DNA of 64,000 bases from Vampirovibrionales bacterium (GCA_035285165.1 JAYKHP010000018.1:145486-209485); one strand, 5' to 3'. Counted from the stretch's first letter, positions 40,441 through 51,019 are shown. Notes: generated from the letters alone by a model not told the origin. Numbers and translations are program-made.

Positions 40441-40490
40441 AAAGCCCCTGTCCCAAGAGCAGTCTGACTCGCTCGGGTCGGGGGCTTTTA
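40441..40490 (+). terminator. possible terminator hairpin after the SLH gene
   Basis: AAAGCCCC...GGGGCTTTT flanking an imperfect internal stem; long loop, so weak. Confidence 0.35.
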
Positions 40491-40711
40491 AATTGGGGAG
40501 ATTTTTGAAAATACCCAGCGCCGGAATATTAAAGAACCGTTACACTAGGGGCTTTTGGACGGGCCTGTTTTTTCCCTTCCGGCCTATCTACGCTATACTA
40601 GACCCGTTGAGAGAGTTATAGGCGACACCCTGACGTCAGACGTTTTACCGGGTTCATTCCGAACGGATTTTAACAGGGTCAACCATCAGTATCAGCTTTA
40701 CGAGGCTTCCC

Positions 40712-43700
40712 ATGCGTAGCTGCCCAACTTGCGGCAACCACAACGAAGATCGATTCAATTTTTGCGGGTCATGTGGCACACGTATCGCCAATGCATGTCC
40801 TGAGTGTCACTTTGAAAACCTTTTAACCCAGCCGTTCTGCGGCCAATGCGGTAAGCAACTGATTCAGGAAGCTTTCTTAACCCCCTCCCCCCCGGAGCCT
40901 GACAGCCACAAGCCGGAATCTTATACGCCAGAGGCGGGGCCTCTGCCCAAAGCGGTCATCCAGGGCGGCCCTCCCGGTATGGGAGAATCGGATAAGCCGT
41001 TGCCGGATAAAACCATTATCGAACAATCCCTTCAGCGCGCCATCGCCTCGGCCAACCCGCCCGAAAGCCTTCGGCCTGTTCAGTTGCCTGAGCAGACGTC
41101 TCAAGCGTCAGAACAAGTGGCAGAAGAACATTATCCGGATTATATTCCCGACGCTGATTCACAATCGCCCCCCCTAGCCGCCGCGCCCACTCTGGAAGCA
41201 AGCGCGTCCGCGGTTTTGAGCGATCAGCTTACCGGGCCGGTTATTGGGCAAGATCAACTTGGGGACGCTTTCCCTTATCAGCCCCCGGTTTACGGGCAGC
41301 ATCGCAGTATCCGCCAGGCGATTTTCAGCTATGACCAGATGCTGGCTAATCTGCAAAACGATTTCAAGTCGTTCATTAACAAGGGCGATCAGGCCACCGG
41401 GCAGGTGCTGGTGCTTTCGGCTTCAGACGGCCTGGGGAAAACGAACCTGATTCAGGAAGCGCGTGAACTGGCCGACCCGACGCCCTTAGAAGGCGGCGGC
41501 GAGCAACGCTTGCTTTGGTTTAACACGCAGCATTACCGATGCTTTTCCCCAAACCGCATCCTCCTGCAGGGATGGGTTGAGCTTTTGCAAAATTTGATTG
41601 GGCTTACGTTTGAGGGCAGCACCCAGGAAACCACCCGGCAATACATCGCGGAGTTTATCGAATCCCTCTACTCAGGCAATCATCAAGCCAGTGCGGATCA
41701 GATCCAGCCCCATCCCGGAATGGAAAATTTCCTGCGGGATCTCTTCGGCGTCAATCCCACCCGTCCGCTCGATACGGAAGCCATTTCAAGAGACGGCGTT
41801 TTCGTCGAAATGATGGGCGAAATTCTCAGGCGATTGGCGGCTATTCGACCGCTGGCGCTGTTACTTGAAGATATCCAGTTTGCCGATGTGGCCACATTGG
41901 AGGTGCTGACCCAGCTCCTGGATCGCCGTCTGCTTCAGCAAGCGCCGATTCTTCTGATTATCACGCACTCGCGCGATTTCTACCCCACCGGTGCTCTGGA
42001 GCAGGCGCTTCAGCAGGTACCTTATAAGGAATACGTCATTTCGGATTTCAACGACGCGCAGGTGGAGACGTATCTCAATAACGGGCCGCTTGGGGGACAA
42101 ATCCAGAATTTCCCGCTGCCGATACTGACCGCGTTGATCGAACATGCCCACGGCCTGCCGATTTTTCTTGAAGAACTGCTTCGCTTTTTCTATCTCAATG
42201 GCATTGTCACGCTCAACAGCGAAACATCCAAGTTTGTTCCGGGCGATGTGGACAAGCTGAACACCCTGCTGATTCCCACCACCCTGAGCGATATACTTCA
42301 GGCGAGACTATCGGGGCTTTCGCCTAAAACCCGCTACATTCTGCAATTGGCAAGCGTTCTCGGTGAGCGTTTCTCCATTTCGATGCTGTTTATGCTGAGC
42401 CAGGATCCTGAAGCCGAATTCAACGAAACGCTGAATGAACTGTTTAACCAAGGCCTTCTCCTGCCGGACGCTTCCAACACGGGGCGCTTCCGCCACGGCT
42501 TTATCTGGCGATCGGTTTACAACGACATTGAGCCTGAGCTGAAAACGCAGTTGCACCAGTTGGTCAGCCAGACGTTTGAAAATGATTTCAGCCAGGGGTC
42601 GCCCGATACGTCGATGACGGTCAATTTATTCCTGATGGCCCACCATGCTGAGCAGGGCCAACTGGTTAACCGGGCGTTGTCCTACTGGGAGGTGGCCGGT
42701 GTGCAGATGGCGCAAGTGGGACAATTATGCGCCACCAACCATGCGATGTTTCGCGCCATCCAATTAATTCACCTGCTGAAAACGCAGTCGCCTGATAACC
42801 CCCAGGGGCTTGATGATCAGGAACAACAACTTTACCTGAAGCTGGGGATGCTTAACAGCCAACCCAACCCCGAGTTTGCGCTCAGGCTTCTAAGCCGTGT
42901 GATTCACCAGAAACGCGCCTGGGGCGATATGGATGGGTTGCTTGAACCCTACAGCTTCCTCAATCGCTGCTATGAGAGCATGGGCAATACCGCGCTTGCC
43001 CTGGCAAGCGTCAACGAATCGTTGAAGTTATTGCCGAAGCTGTCTTTCCCGCTTGAGTACGCGGCGCTTTTAACCACCAAAGTAGGCTATTTATGCCAGT
43101 GCGGACATTTTGAAGAAGCGCGGCAGTTGATTGAAAATGAAATCGAGCCAACCTTCCTTCAGCATTCCCTGGAAGATGAACCGGATTACTTAAAAACCTA
43201 TCTCAACGCCCGCCTGTTTTTAGCGGAAATCCTCCTCTGGCAATGCCAACCCCGGGCGTTTGAGGTCTTATCGCAAAGCCTGACGCTGGCGCAGGAAAAA
43301 CGTCTGGAAGGTCTTGCCATCGCCATCCAGCTGGTGCAGGCAAGAGGCTATCTGAAAAAAGGCGCTTACCAAGCATGTGATGAAGCCGCCGACCGCTTGC
43401 TCTCACAAATTGAAGCGCTGGACGAGCCGGATTGGTTCTTTGCCCAATGGGGCTTGCTTGCCATGGAATATCACCTGGCGATGGGTGATTGGGAAAGCGC
43501 GCGGCAATTAATGCTGACGGTGGTTTCAAGAGCTGAAGGCGTGAAAGACACGCATAGCAGTATTATCGCCCAGCTTTACGGCAGTTACATCGCCTATCAG
43601 TTTGGTCAAGCCGATAAGGCCAAATCGTTGCTCGATCATGCTATCGGTGTCAGCAGCACCCATGGGTATCTTGGCTGCGTGTTGCAAGGTCAGCTTTACC

Positions 43701-44140
43701 AGGCGGAATTGGCGCTGTCTCAACATGACGCAAAAAGCAGTGAACATCTGGCCCGCCAGGTCATCGACGAGGCGTTGCTGCCTGCGATACAAAACCGTTG
43801 GCTGGCTTTTCAGGCACTGTTTATAAGAGTTAGGGCGCTTATCCAAAATAATATCGCGCAAGATAATGCCGCTTCCCAGGCCCAGCTTAAAGAAGCCGGC
43901 AAGTTGCTTGAGAAAGCCTGGCCCGATGTCATCGCCACGGGATACACCCCTTTGATTGCGGAAGCGGCGGCACTAATCGGAGAACTCTACAAAAACCTGG
44001 CAACCCAGGCGCCAAGCGAAATCAGCAAGCAGCACCTGATCAAATCCATTCAGTTCTTTCAAAAATCTCAGGGCCTTTGGCTTGATGCGAACAACAAGCA
44101 CCAGATCAACCGTCTGCGCGCCGCCATGCCAGGGGGTTAG
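40712..44140 (+). CDS. double zinc-ribbon + STAND/AAA_16 P-loop NTPase + TPR-like repeat protein (1142 aa)
   Basis: N-terminus CPTCGNHNEDRFNFCGSCG...CPECHFENLLTQPFCGQCG (two zinc ribbons), then a Pro-rich linker. Walker A-like VLVLSASDGLGKTNL and Walker B-like LALLLEDIQFADVATLEVL. A long alpha-helical TPR-like C-terminal half. Confidence 0.7.
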   Translation: MRSCPTCGNHNEDRFNFCGSCGTRIANACPECHFENLLTQPFCGQCGKQLIQEAFLTPSPPEPDSHKPESYTPEAGPLPKAVIQGGPPGMGESDKPLPDKTIIEQSLQRAIASANPPESLRPVQLPEQTSQASEQVAEEHYPDYIPDADSQSPPLAAAPTLEASASAVLSDQLTGPVIGQDQLGDAFPYQPPVYGQHRSIRQAIFSYDQMLANLQNDFKSFINKGDQATGQVLVLSASDGLGKTNLIQEARELADPTPLEGGGEQRLLWFNTQHYRCFSPNRILLQGWVELLQNLIGLTFEGSTQETTRQYIAEFIESLYSGNHQASADQIQPHPGMENFLRDLFGVNPTRPLDTEAISRDGVFVEMMGEILRRLAAIRPLALLLEDIQFADVATLEVLTQLLDRRLLQQAPILLIITHSRDFYPTGALEQALQQVPYKEYVISDFNDAQVETYLNNGPLGGQIQNFPLPILTALIEHAHGLPIFLEELLRFFYLNGIVTLNSETSKFVPGDVDKLNTLLIPTTLSDILQARLSGLSPKTRYILQLASVLGERFSISMLFMLSQDPEAEFNETLNELFNQGLLLPDASNTGRFRHGFIWRSVYNDIEPELKTQLHQLVSQTFENDFSQGSPDTSMTVNLFLMAHHAEQGQLVNRALSYWEVAGVQMAQVGQLCATNHAMFRAIQLIHLLKTQSPDNPQGLDDQEQQLYLKLGMLNSQPNPEFALRLLSRVIHQKRAWGDMDGLLEPYSFLNRCYESMGNTALALASVNESLKLLPKLSFPLEYAALLTTKVGYLCQCGHFEEARQLIENEIEPTFLQHSLEDEPDYLKTYLNARLFLAEILLWQCQPRAFEVLSQSLTLAQEKRLEGLAIAIQLVQARGYLKKGAYQACDEAADRLLSQIEALDEPDWFFAQWGLLAMEYHLAMGDWESARQLMLTVVSRAEGVKDTHSSIIAQLYGSYIAYQFGQADKAKSLLDHAIGVSSTHGYLGCVLQGQLYQAELALSQHDAKSSEHLARQVIDEALLPAIQNRWLAFQALFIRVRALIQNNIAQDNAASQAQLKEAGKLLEKAWPDVIATGYTPLIAEAAALIGELYKNLATQAPSEISKQHLIKSIQFFQKSQGLWLDANNKHQINRLRAAMPGG

Positions 44141-44151
44141 CTTTTTTATTT

Positions 44152-44802
44152 TTAAATTCGATCGGCGTCGTCGAAGAAGCCATCGAGATTATCCAGCGTG
44201 ATGAATTTTTCATCCGCGTTGATTTCAGGCACAAAATGCTCGTTCAAAGGAATCAACACCTTGTCGCGCGTCTGCTGATGGCAGATTTCAAGATAATCCT
44301 GATCGCCTGAACTCACCAGATCATTGACCGTTCCCAGAACGGAGCGGGTTTTATGATCCAAGACGTTCAGACCGATAATGTCGTCCACGTAAAATTCTCC
44401 TTCCTCCAACGGGGCAAGGTCTTTTTCATCCGCCCATAATTCGGCGCCCATGTAAGCTTCCACGGATGTCCGATCGGGATAACCTTCAAAACGACACAGC
44501 ACAAGGCGTTCATGTAACTTGGCATGCGTTATCGACAGGCGCGTCTGCTTGCCGTTCAGCAGCAGTGTCACTTCATCAAGGGTATTGGCCCACTCGGCTT
44601 CAGGCGCGGACGGACGGACTTTGACATCCCCCTTCAAGCCGTGAAAGCCAACAATTTTTCCAATTTTCTTCAGCCCGTCAGCGGTCATTTTTTTTTCGGT
44701 GATTTTGTTTTCCGCAGCGTTGGCGGAATTTTGAACAGAAGCCGTCTTTTGAGAAATGCCGTTGCCAGCCATAGCGCGATTGCCTTCTAGATGCTTTATC
44801 AT
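44152..44802 (-). CDS. rimM: ribosome maturation factor RimM (with N-terminal extension; alternative start at 44688)
   Basis: IGKIVGFHGLKGDVKVRPS (RimM N-domain) and a C-terminal PRC-barrel (VLIPLNEHFVPEINADEKFITLD). Confidence 0.8.
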   Translation of the reverse strand: MIKHLEGNRAMAGNGISQKTASVQNSANAAENKITEKKMTADGLKKIGKIVGFHGLKGDVKVRPSAPEAEWANTLDEVTLLLNGKQTRLSITHAKLHERLVLCRFEGYPDRTSVEAYMGAELWADEKDLAPLEEGEFYVDDIIGLNVLDHKTRSVLGTVNDLVSSGDQDYLEICHQQTRDKVLIPLNEHFVPEINADEKFITLDNLDGFFDDADRI

Positions 44803-44988
44803 GTGACGATTGATTCATTGCATCGTCAGCGCGAGGCATATTATCGCGGTGCGCTGCAATGTGGAAAATCTGGTATACAAGCTTTTGTATTCAGTTTGGT
44901 TTCAGTGATGTTGGATGGAACCCGAGAATGAAGTTTGAACGAAACACAAGTGCCAGGTGAGAAACTACCTGGCACTTGGTGCTTAAAT

Positions 44989-45585
44989 TTATCCGGTGAT
45001 GCTTTTGACGATACCGTCTTCAACGAGCATCTCGGCCTGGCCTAGCTTTTCGTAGAGGTTGTCGCCCGCAAACACTTCGACATCGCTTTCAAGAATGCCG
45101 GTGACGATGTATTCGCCGTTGGGGACTTTATCCAAGTTGGCAATCTGGTTAGCGACCTGAATTTTCACCGAGGCCAACTGGTTGCGTTTCTGCTGGGCTT
45201 CGTCATTAAGCTGAAGCAACTGCTTCTGGACGTTCTGACCTTGCTTGGCCAACTGGTCAAGCTGCTGGAGGGAATACTGGTATTGCGCCTCAAGTTGCTG
45301 GAGCTGGGTATCGGCCAGCTTGGATTCCTCGTTGAGTTCATGTTGGGCGCGTTTTCTAAAATCATCCGTTACCAAGGTCTTAACGGTAATCTGGCGTTTG
45401 AGGCGAACAGAGGAAATGGCTTTTGGCGCTTGAGACATCAGTGTTTCTTCCTGCTGGGATTTTTCTTGCGGGTTGCTGCTGTTATCAAGATCAGCTTGTG
45501 ATTGCGCGGTAAGAACGGCGGACATAGGGAGCTCCCAAATTTTTAATCGGCGAATAAAAAACGAATCGAGCGCCCGGCAATACAA
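44989..45585 (-). CDS. YlqD-family coiled-coil protein (upstream of rimM, as in the Firmicutes/cyanobacterial rpsP-ylqD-rimM arrangement)
   Basis: Q-rich coiled coil followed by the YlqD-like C-terminus NGEYIVTGILESDVEVFAGDNLYEKL. Start uncertain (M1, M21 or M49). Confidence 0.5.
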   Translation of the reverse strand: MYCRALDSFFIRRLKIWELPMSAVLTAQSQADLDNSSNPQEKSQQEETLMSQAPKAISSVRLKRQITVKTLVTDDFRKRAQHELNEESKLADTQLQQLEAQYQYSLQQLDQLAKQGQNVQKQLLQLNDEAQQKRNQLASVKIQVANQIANLDKVPNGEYIVTGILESDVEVFAGDNLYEKLGQAEMLVEDGIVKSITG

Positions 45586-45742
45586 AAATCATACAGGATT
45601 GTATATACAAAGAGGAAAGCCGGAGCGGTAAACGCGATAATAGCACGTTCACCGGCAAAGGTGAATGTGCCCGCTAGTTAAAAGTACTAAATCGCCTGAA
45701 AAAAAATTTGTGTGCCGCAAGCCCCTATTCATCAGGACGTAG

Positions 45743-47434
45743 TCAGGGCGCAAAAACGCTGCTCTCTATAACCATAGTAGCCCTCTGGCGAAGGCGCTCA
45801 AGCGCCTCCCGATCAGCTTTGAGGACGACGCTTTTAGAAATTTTCGCATCATCCCAGACGGATCGACCTTCAATTGATATTTCAGAGCCGTTTCTCGTAT
45901 CCAGTATTGCCTTGACTTGGGGTACCTGCGTTTCGCAGACAGCCGACAGCGGCGTATGACCCACCATGGACAGCGCGCAGGCAATCCCTATCGCCTCGCC
46001 AAGCATCGCGTTGTGCTGAACAATCCGCCCGACACCCTGAGCGATGGGAGAATATCCAGCCGAACGGCCGACAAAGGCGAAGTTTTCAGGATACCCATAG
46101 CTGGCATCGGCAAAAAGCGGCAAAGCGACATCCAGCCCCACGTTAAAAACCGGCTTGGGCAGGTACTCACCCGGGTAATGTTTCCACAGTTCGGTGCCGC
46201 GCAAGTCAAGCCAGTAGCTATACGTCCCTATCGCTTTCTCTTCGCTGACGCCGCCGCGAATGGCTTTCTCCGCCGTCATATTGTCCTTGGCCAGCAACGT
46301 GCAGGTTTGCCTGACGTAAAGCTCTTCGGGCACTTCGACAACAGCTTTTGCAAATCCGCCGGCTTCTTTCAGGAAGCGCTCGAACGCCGCCAACTCGTCG
46401 TTGAGAAAATCTGGGCAGGGCTTGCCATGTGAGTATGCCAACAAGGTTTCAAAATTGTCAGAAGCGGGGGATAGCCTTGCCACCATCCCATTCAGGCTCA
46501 TCGCATCCGTTTTATGACCATCCGGCAGCAGGGCGATATTGAAGCCGTCTACCACAATCTCGGCGTTGGGATAATCCTCGGGTTTTCTGCCGCGCCAAAC
46601 GTGATAATAAATGCCAATCGCCGGGTTCAGCACATCGAGATAATCCAGTTCGGCCTTGTTATCGGCAATATAAGCAGGTTGATCGATCATATCCAGAATT
46701 TTTTCGGGCGATTGCTGCGGAAGCGCCGCCATCATCCATTCAGGCATTTTGGGATGCAGTCGGAGCATTTCCTCAAACTGGCGAAATTCCTGCCAATCGA
46801 CGCCACGAACCCTAAACACGGGAGAAATGCCGAGGAAATTCTGTTCCTCTCCAAACACCTCACCCAAACCTTCGATATAAGGGATGCCAAGCGCTCGGGC
46901 CGCATCGGCGTCGGGCGTTGCGTCAATCACATGCGTATAAGTTTTGGAAAGAAGATGTCCTTCATCCGTCCTTGGGGCATCCGTCCTTGGGGCACTCGCA
47001 TCCTCAATGAGAGAAAGTTTTTCCCTTTCTTTGCCGCTGGCGTATGGTTTTACCTGCGCCTTCCTGCTTTGGTCTATTTCCGCTAAAGCCAATGTATAAA
47101 GCCCGGTATTTGGCTCGTAGCGAAGCGTTTCAGGCCTGACTCCACTTAGAACACTCACGCCAGCCTCGTCAAGCATATCCGCCATGGCCTGACCGGCGCG
47201 TTCAGGAACCAGGGCAACGCGTTTAAAGCCGATGCGATCAAAAAAGCGGCGCATCATAGGCGGAACATAGGCGGGGGTAATATCCATGTAGCATAGGCCT
47301 CCCCGTGTGGAAAGCCCGCCGAGCATCCCCGTGCTGCGCCTGGCCAGGGTTACCGGCACGCCAAGCTCTGCCGCCGAAACGGCGGTTAAAACGCTCTCAA
47401 GCTCGTCTCCCAGTACCAGCAGGTGCTCAGGCAT
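45743..47434 (-). CDS. FAD-dependent oxidoreductase-like protein (pfam12831-like) with a degenerate dinucleotide-binding motif
   Basis: 563 aa. N-terminal LVLGDELESVLTAVSAAELGVPVTLARRSTGMLGG resembles a degraded GxGxxG/FAD-binding site. Contains an in-frame 15-bp tandem duplication (DAPRTDAPRT). Confidence 0.55.
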   Translation of the reverse strand: MPEHLLVLGDELESVLTAVSAAELGVPVTLARRSTGMLGGLSTRGGLCYMDITPAYVPPMMRRFFDRIGFKRVALVPERAGQAMADMLDEAGVSVLSGVRPETLRYEPNTGLYTLALAEIDQSRKAQVKPYASGKEREKLSLIEDASAPRTDAPRTDEGHLLSKTYTHVIDATPDADAARALGIPYIEGLGEVFGEEQNFLGISPVFRVRGVDWQEFRQFEEMLRLHPKMPEWMMAALPQQSPEKILDMIDQPAYIADNKAELDYLDVLNPAIGIYYHVWRGRKPEDYPNAEIVVDGFNIALLPDGHKTDAMSLNGMVARLSPASDNFETLLAYSHGKPCPDFLNDELAAFERFLKEAGGFAKAVVEVPEELYVRQTCTLLAKDNMTAEKAIRGGVSEEKAIGTYSYWLDLRGTELWKHYPGEYLPKPVFNVGLDVALPLFADASYGYPENFAFVGRSAGYSPIAQGVGRIVQHNAMLGEAIGIACALSMVGHTPLSAVCETQVPQVKAILDTRNGSEISIEGRSVWDDAKISKSVVLKADREALERLRQRATMVIESSVFAP

Positions 47435-47638
47435 TGGCGTGTTACCCTATTTTATAATGACGCGTCAGAACAAGATGAGCCCCATCATAGCAGATTGACC
47501 CGACAGGGGTAAGCACAAACCTTGCAGAAAGAAGGCTTTTAGCCCCAAAGAGGGGAAAAGGGCCACAAGAAAATCGTCCGCTTGAACTTGTCGCCCGTTT
47601 TTGGCATAGTCGTAAAGCAAGGTTTAAAGCACTATGGT

Positions 47639-47712
<74 letters not shown>

Positions 47713-47754
47713 ACTCTATCCGGGGATTTTTAACGAAGCAAACAAGCTTCAAAC

Positions 47755-48513
47755 TCACACTGCTTTTAAATGCTTCACGAGGCGGATGGTTTCCTTCAAC
47801 GACTCGTAGACCCTATCCGAAATGAACGATATAAAGGGCAGCGGGTTATTTTCTACCTGCGCGATACGCAATAGGGCGATGTAATCCCCTCTGAGTATCG
47901 GAGGAATGATCGTTGGGCCGTAACCTGACTTTAAAAGCAGAAGGTTCATCAGCAAGCGGGCCGTTCGGCCGTTGCCATCCGTAAAGGGATGAATCGTGAC
48001 CAACTCCAAATGCGCCCTTGCCGCAACTTCAACCGGGGAATAGCTTTCCTTCCAGGTCGGCAAAAGCTCTTTAAAGAAACGAGCCATCAACTGAGGGACT
48101 TTGGGATAATCCGGCGGTAAATATTCCGTCCCGGTAATCACAACCTGCTTCGTTCGATACTCCCCCGACACTGTTTCGGAAATTCCATCAAGCACAAGCC
48201 GGTGTAACATCAGGAGATCCGTTTCTGAAGCTTCCCTGTCCAAAAGGGAATATAGCACATCAAACGCCTTGGCGTGCCCGATCGCCTCAAGGTGATCCCG
48301 CATCGGTTTTCCGCCAATCGTAATGCCGTCTTCAAGCACCACCTTCGTTTCGCTTTCAGTCAGGGTATTTCCTTCCAGCGCATTGCTCGTGTAGGTTAAG
48401 CTGACCCTGAAATACTTTCTCAGGCTATCCAGTAGCTCCGCGTCAAAAGGCCGGAACCGATCCAGTTCCTGTTTTAACGTCTCGCATTCGGCAATTCGAT
48501 TATCGTAGTCCAT
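47755..48513 (-). CDS. fic: Fic/Doc family protein (class II Fic AMP-transferase with an N-terminal inhibitory motif)
   Basis: Fic active site HPFTDGNGRTARLLMNLLLL (HPFx[DE]GNGR). N-terminal inhibitory helix motif SNALEG ([ST]xxxE[GN]). Confidence 0.85.
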   Translation of the reverse strand: MDYDNRIAECETLKQELDRFRPFDAELLDSLRKYFRVSLTYTSNALEGNTLTESETKVVLEDGITIGGKPMRDHLEAIGHAKAFDVLYSLLDREASETDLLMLHRLVLDGISETVSGEYRTKQVVITGTEYLPPDYPKVPQLMARFFKELLPTWKESYSPVEVAARAHLELVTIHPFTDGNGRTARLLMNLLLLKSGYGPTIIPPILRGDYIALLRIAQVENNPLPFISFISDRVYESLKETIRLVKHLKAV

Positions 48514-48638
48514 TCACTTATTTTACCCTGAATCGCTTTAGAGGATTAAGGGCATAATATGAGTTTTCAACGACAAAAAGCCTGTGGCGATATCGTACAG
48601 GCTTTTCATCTTTGATTCGTTTTTAGATAAAGCTTAAA

Positions 48639-48788
48639 CTACAGCGGGTTCTGGCCGCGAATAACGCGAATCAACACCACCACGATGGCAATGACCAGCA
48701 AAATGTGGATATAGCCACCCAGCGTGTAACTGCTGACCATTCCCAGCAACCAAAGAACCAGGAGAATAATAAAAATTGTCCAAAGCAT
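48639..48788 (-). CDS. lmo0937-family small membrane protein
   Basis: MLWTIFIILLVLWLLGMVSSYTLGGYIHILLVIAIVVVLIRVIRG matches the roughly 50-aa lmo0937/DUF5670 family. The start is taken at M13 of the ORF-track entry. Confidence 0.6.
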   Translation of the reverse strand: MLWTIFIILLVLWLLGMVSSYTLGGYIHILLVIAIVVVLIRVIRGQNPL

Positions 48789-49172
48789 GGTGTAAAATCC
48801 TTTCAGGACGATAACCCTAAACATAATCTTAATTATCTGGATCTGGAGAGACTGGGAGCCCAGCCCAAACCAGAATCAATTCCGAACCGCCGTAAGCGAT
48901 TTGATACCCTTATAGTAATTTTATCCAGGCGACTTGAACAGTACTCTCTTTTCTCATATTGATGACATGTTTTCTCAGTCTGAAGTAGGATAGGCAATCC
49001 AGCAGACTCTACCAGAGGATGATGCCTTACGTTATTTCAGGTAAGCTTAGCTGTCATTGGCCCCAGTCCAGCCCCCTAGTCTCGCCGATAATCTTTTCGT
49101 TATAATAGTAAGCCTCAGCGGCGGGCATCATGATTTATTCAAGCGTATTGATCTTTAAGAGGGTTATGTTCG

Positions 49173-49967
49173 ATGAGTCTTCATATCGCGGTTTTCCTGA
49201 AACAAGTGGCGGACAATACCAAGCTGAAATTTAACGAGACCGGGCCGGTGCTTGAGAATGTCCCCATGATGTTGAACCCCTACGATGAATACGCCCTTGA
49301 AACCGCCATCCGCCTGAAGGAATCTGCCGGAGCAGACGCCAGCCTTTCGGTTATCACCATGGGCACCCTCAGCGCGAAGGAAATCCTTAAAAAAGCCGTT
49401 GCCGTCGGCGCGGATTCAGCTTTCCTGATTACCAATGACGCCCTGGCCCAAAGCGACAGCACCGCCAACGCGAAAATCCTGGCGCAAGCGCTCAGAAGCG
49501 TCGTGCCAAACTTTAACCTTCTGGTTTTCGGGCAAACGGCGCTTGACTCCCTGGATGGGCAGACCGGGCAGAAAGTGGCGGAACTCTTGAATTTACCAAG
49601 CCTTACGTTTTGCAAGGGAGCTGAATTTTCAAACGGTTCCATTACCGCCACGCGGGAAACCGAGCGCGGTTATGAGGTTCACGAAATGTCGCTGCCAGGG
49701 GCCCTGTGCATGATGAAATGCGACTATGAACTTCGCGGCTCCAACATCAAGGGGGTAATGAAAGCCAACAAAACCGAAATCCCCGTCACTTCGCTTGCAG
49801 AACTTGGCATTACGCAAGATCAAAGCGGGGAGGCAATGTCGGCCACCAAAACCCTTAAGACCTGGCAGCGCCCGCCGAGAGCCGAAGCAAAAATTATTGA
49901 CGGCGCAAATCCCCAAGAGGCAGTTGCTTCGCTTATTGGCGCCTTAAAAGAAGCCAAAGTTTTTTAG
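49173..49967 (+). CDS. etfB: electron transfer flavoprotein beta subunit
   Basis: MSLHIAVFLKQV...PYDEYALETAIRLKE...VITMGTLSAKEILKKAVAVGAD is a typical EtfB. Confidence 0.85.
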   Translation: MSLHIAVFLKQVADNTKLKFNETGPVLENVPMMLNPYDEYALETAIRLKESAGADASLSVITMGTLSAKEILKKAVAVGADSAFLITNDALAQSDSTANAKILAQALRSVVPNFNLLVFGQTALDSLDGQTGQKVAELLNLPSLTFCKGAEFSNGSITATRETERGYEVHEMSLPGALCMMKCDYELRGSNIKGVMKANKTEIPVTSLAELGITQDQSGEAMSATKTLKTWQRPPRAEAKIIDGANPQEAVASLIGALKEAKVF

Positions 49968-50004
49968 TAAAACGTTTTTCTAATTTCTAAAAGGAGCAAC
50001 CGTC

Positions 50005-51015
50005 ATGGCGCAAGGCATATGGATCATCGCCGAACTTCAGAACAACGCGCTGAGCAGCAGCACCCATGAACTTTTCACCCCGGCAAGGCGTCTAGCCGAT
50101 AAATCTTCCCAAGCATTAAGCGCCATTCTTGTTACCGGTGAAAGTGACGTTTCCCAGGCCGAAGCCCAACTGGGCCACTTGGGCGCCGATCAGGTCATCA
50201 CCGTTCGACACGATCTCCTAAAAACTTACCAGGCACAATTATTCACCATCGCCATTGCCGATCTCATCAAGGAAAAGCAGCCCAACATTGTCCTTTTCGC
50301 CGCAAGCACGACGGGGGTTGATATTGCCCCCAGAATCGCCATCCGAACCGAGGCTGGCCTGGTGACGCAAGCCATCGACCTGGACTTGAATGAAGCAGGG
50401 CAATTGGAAGTCACCCGAACCCGCTATGCCGAGTCATTGCTGTCAATGGTCATCACCCCTGAGGCCAGGCCGCAAATGGCCACCGTCAAGAAAAAAGCGT
50501 TCCCCGCGCCGGTGCTGGACACCAGCCACAACGCACCGGTGGAAGTGGTAACCCCCAAGCTGGATGCCGCAATGGCCAAAAGCAGTCTGAAAGAGATCAA
50601 GCAGGCGGAAGGCTCAAGCAAAAAGAAACTGGAAGAAGCCGATGTCATCGTCTCTGGCGGTCGTGGCATGAAAGGCCCTGAAAACTTCAACCTCGTCGAA
50701 GAGTTGGCCGCTGCTCTCAATGGCGCTGTGGGCGCTTCGCGCGCGGTGGTGGATGCCGGGTGGCGTCCCCATTCAGAGCAGGTGGGGCAAACCGGTAAAA
50801 CCGTCAACCCCAAACTTTATGTGGCCCTGGGGATTTCAGGCGCATTGCAGCATCTGGTGGGAATGAGTTCCAGCCAGACGATTGTTGCCATTAACCGCGA
50901 TGAAAACGCCCCCATCTTTAAAGTGGCCGATATTGGCGTGGTGGGAGACGCGCTGGAAATCACCCCACTTCTGACCCAGGCGATTCAGGAACAACACGCC
51001 ACGGTGAATGTGTAA
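50005..51015 (+). CDS. etfA: electron transfer flavoprotein alpha subunit
   Basis: C-terminal FAD-binding region [14 protein letters not shown]...[13 protein letters not shown]...[29 protein letters not shown] (EtfA signature). Confidence 0.85.
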   Translation: MAQGIWIIAELQNNALSSSTHELFTPARRLADKSSQALSAILVTGESDVSQAEAQLGHLGADQVITVRHDLLKTYQAQLFTIAIADLIKEKQPNIVLFAASTTGVDIAPRIAIRTEAGLVTQAIDLDLNEAGQLEVTRTRYAESLLSMVITPEARPQMATVKKKAFPAPVLDTSHNAPVEVVTPKLDAAMAKSSLKEIKQAEGSSKKKLEEADVIVSGGRGMKGPENFNLVEELAAALNGAVGASRAVVDAGWRPHSEQVGQTGKTVNPKLYVALGISGALQHLVGMSSSQTIVAINRDENAPIFKVADIGVVGDALEITPLLTQAIQEQHATVNV

Positions 51016-51019
51016 AAAT

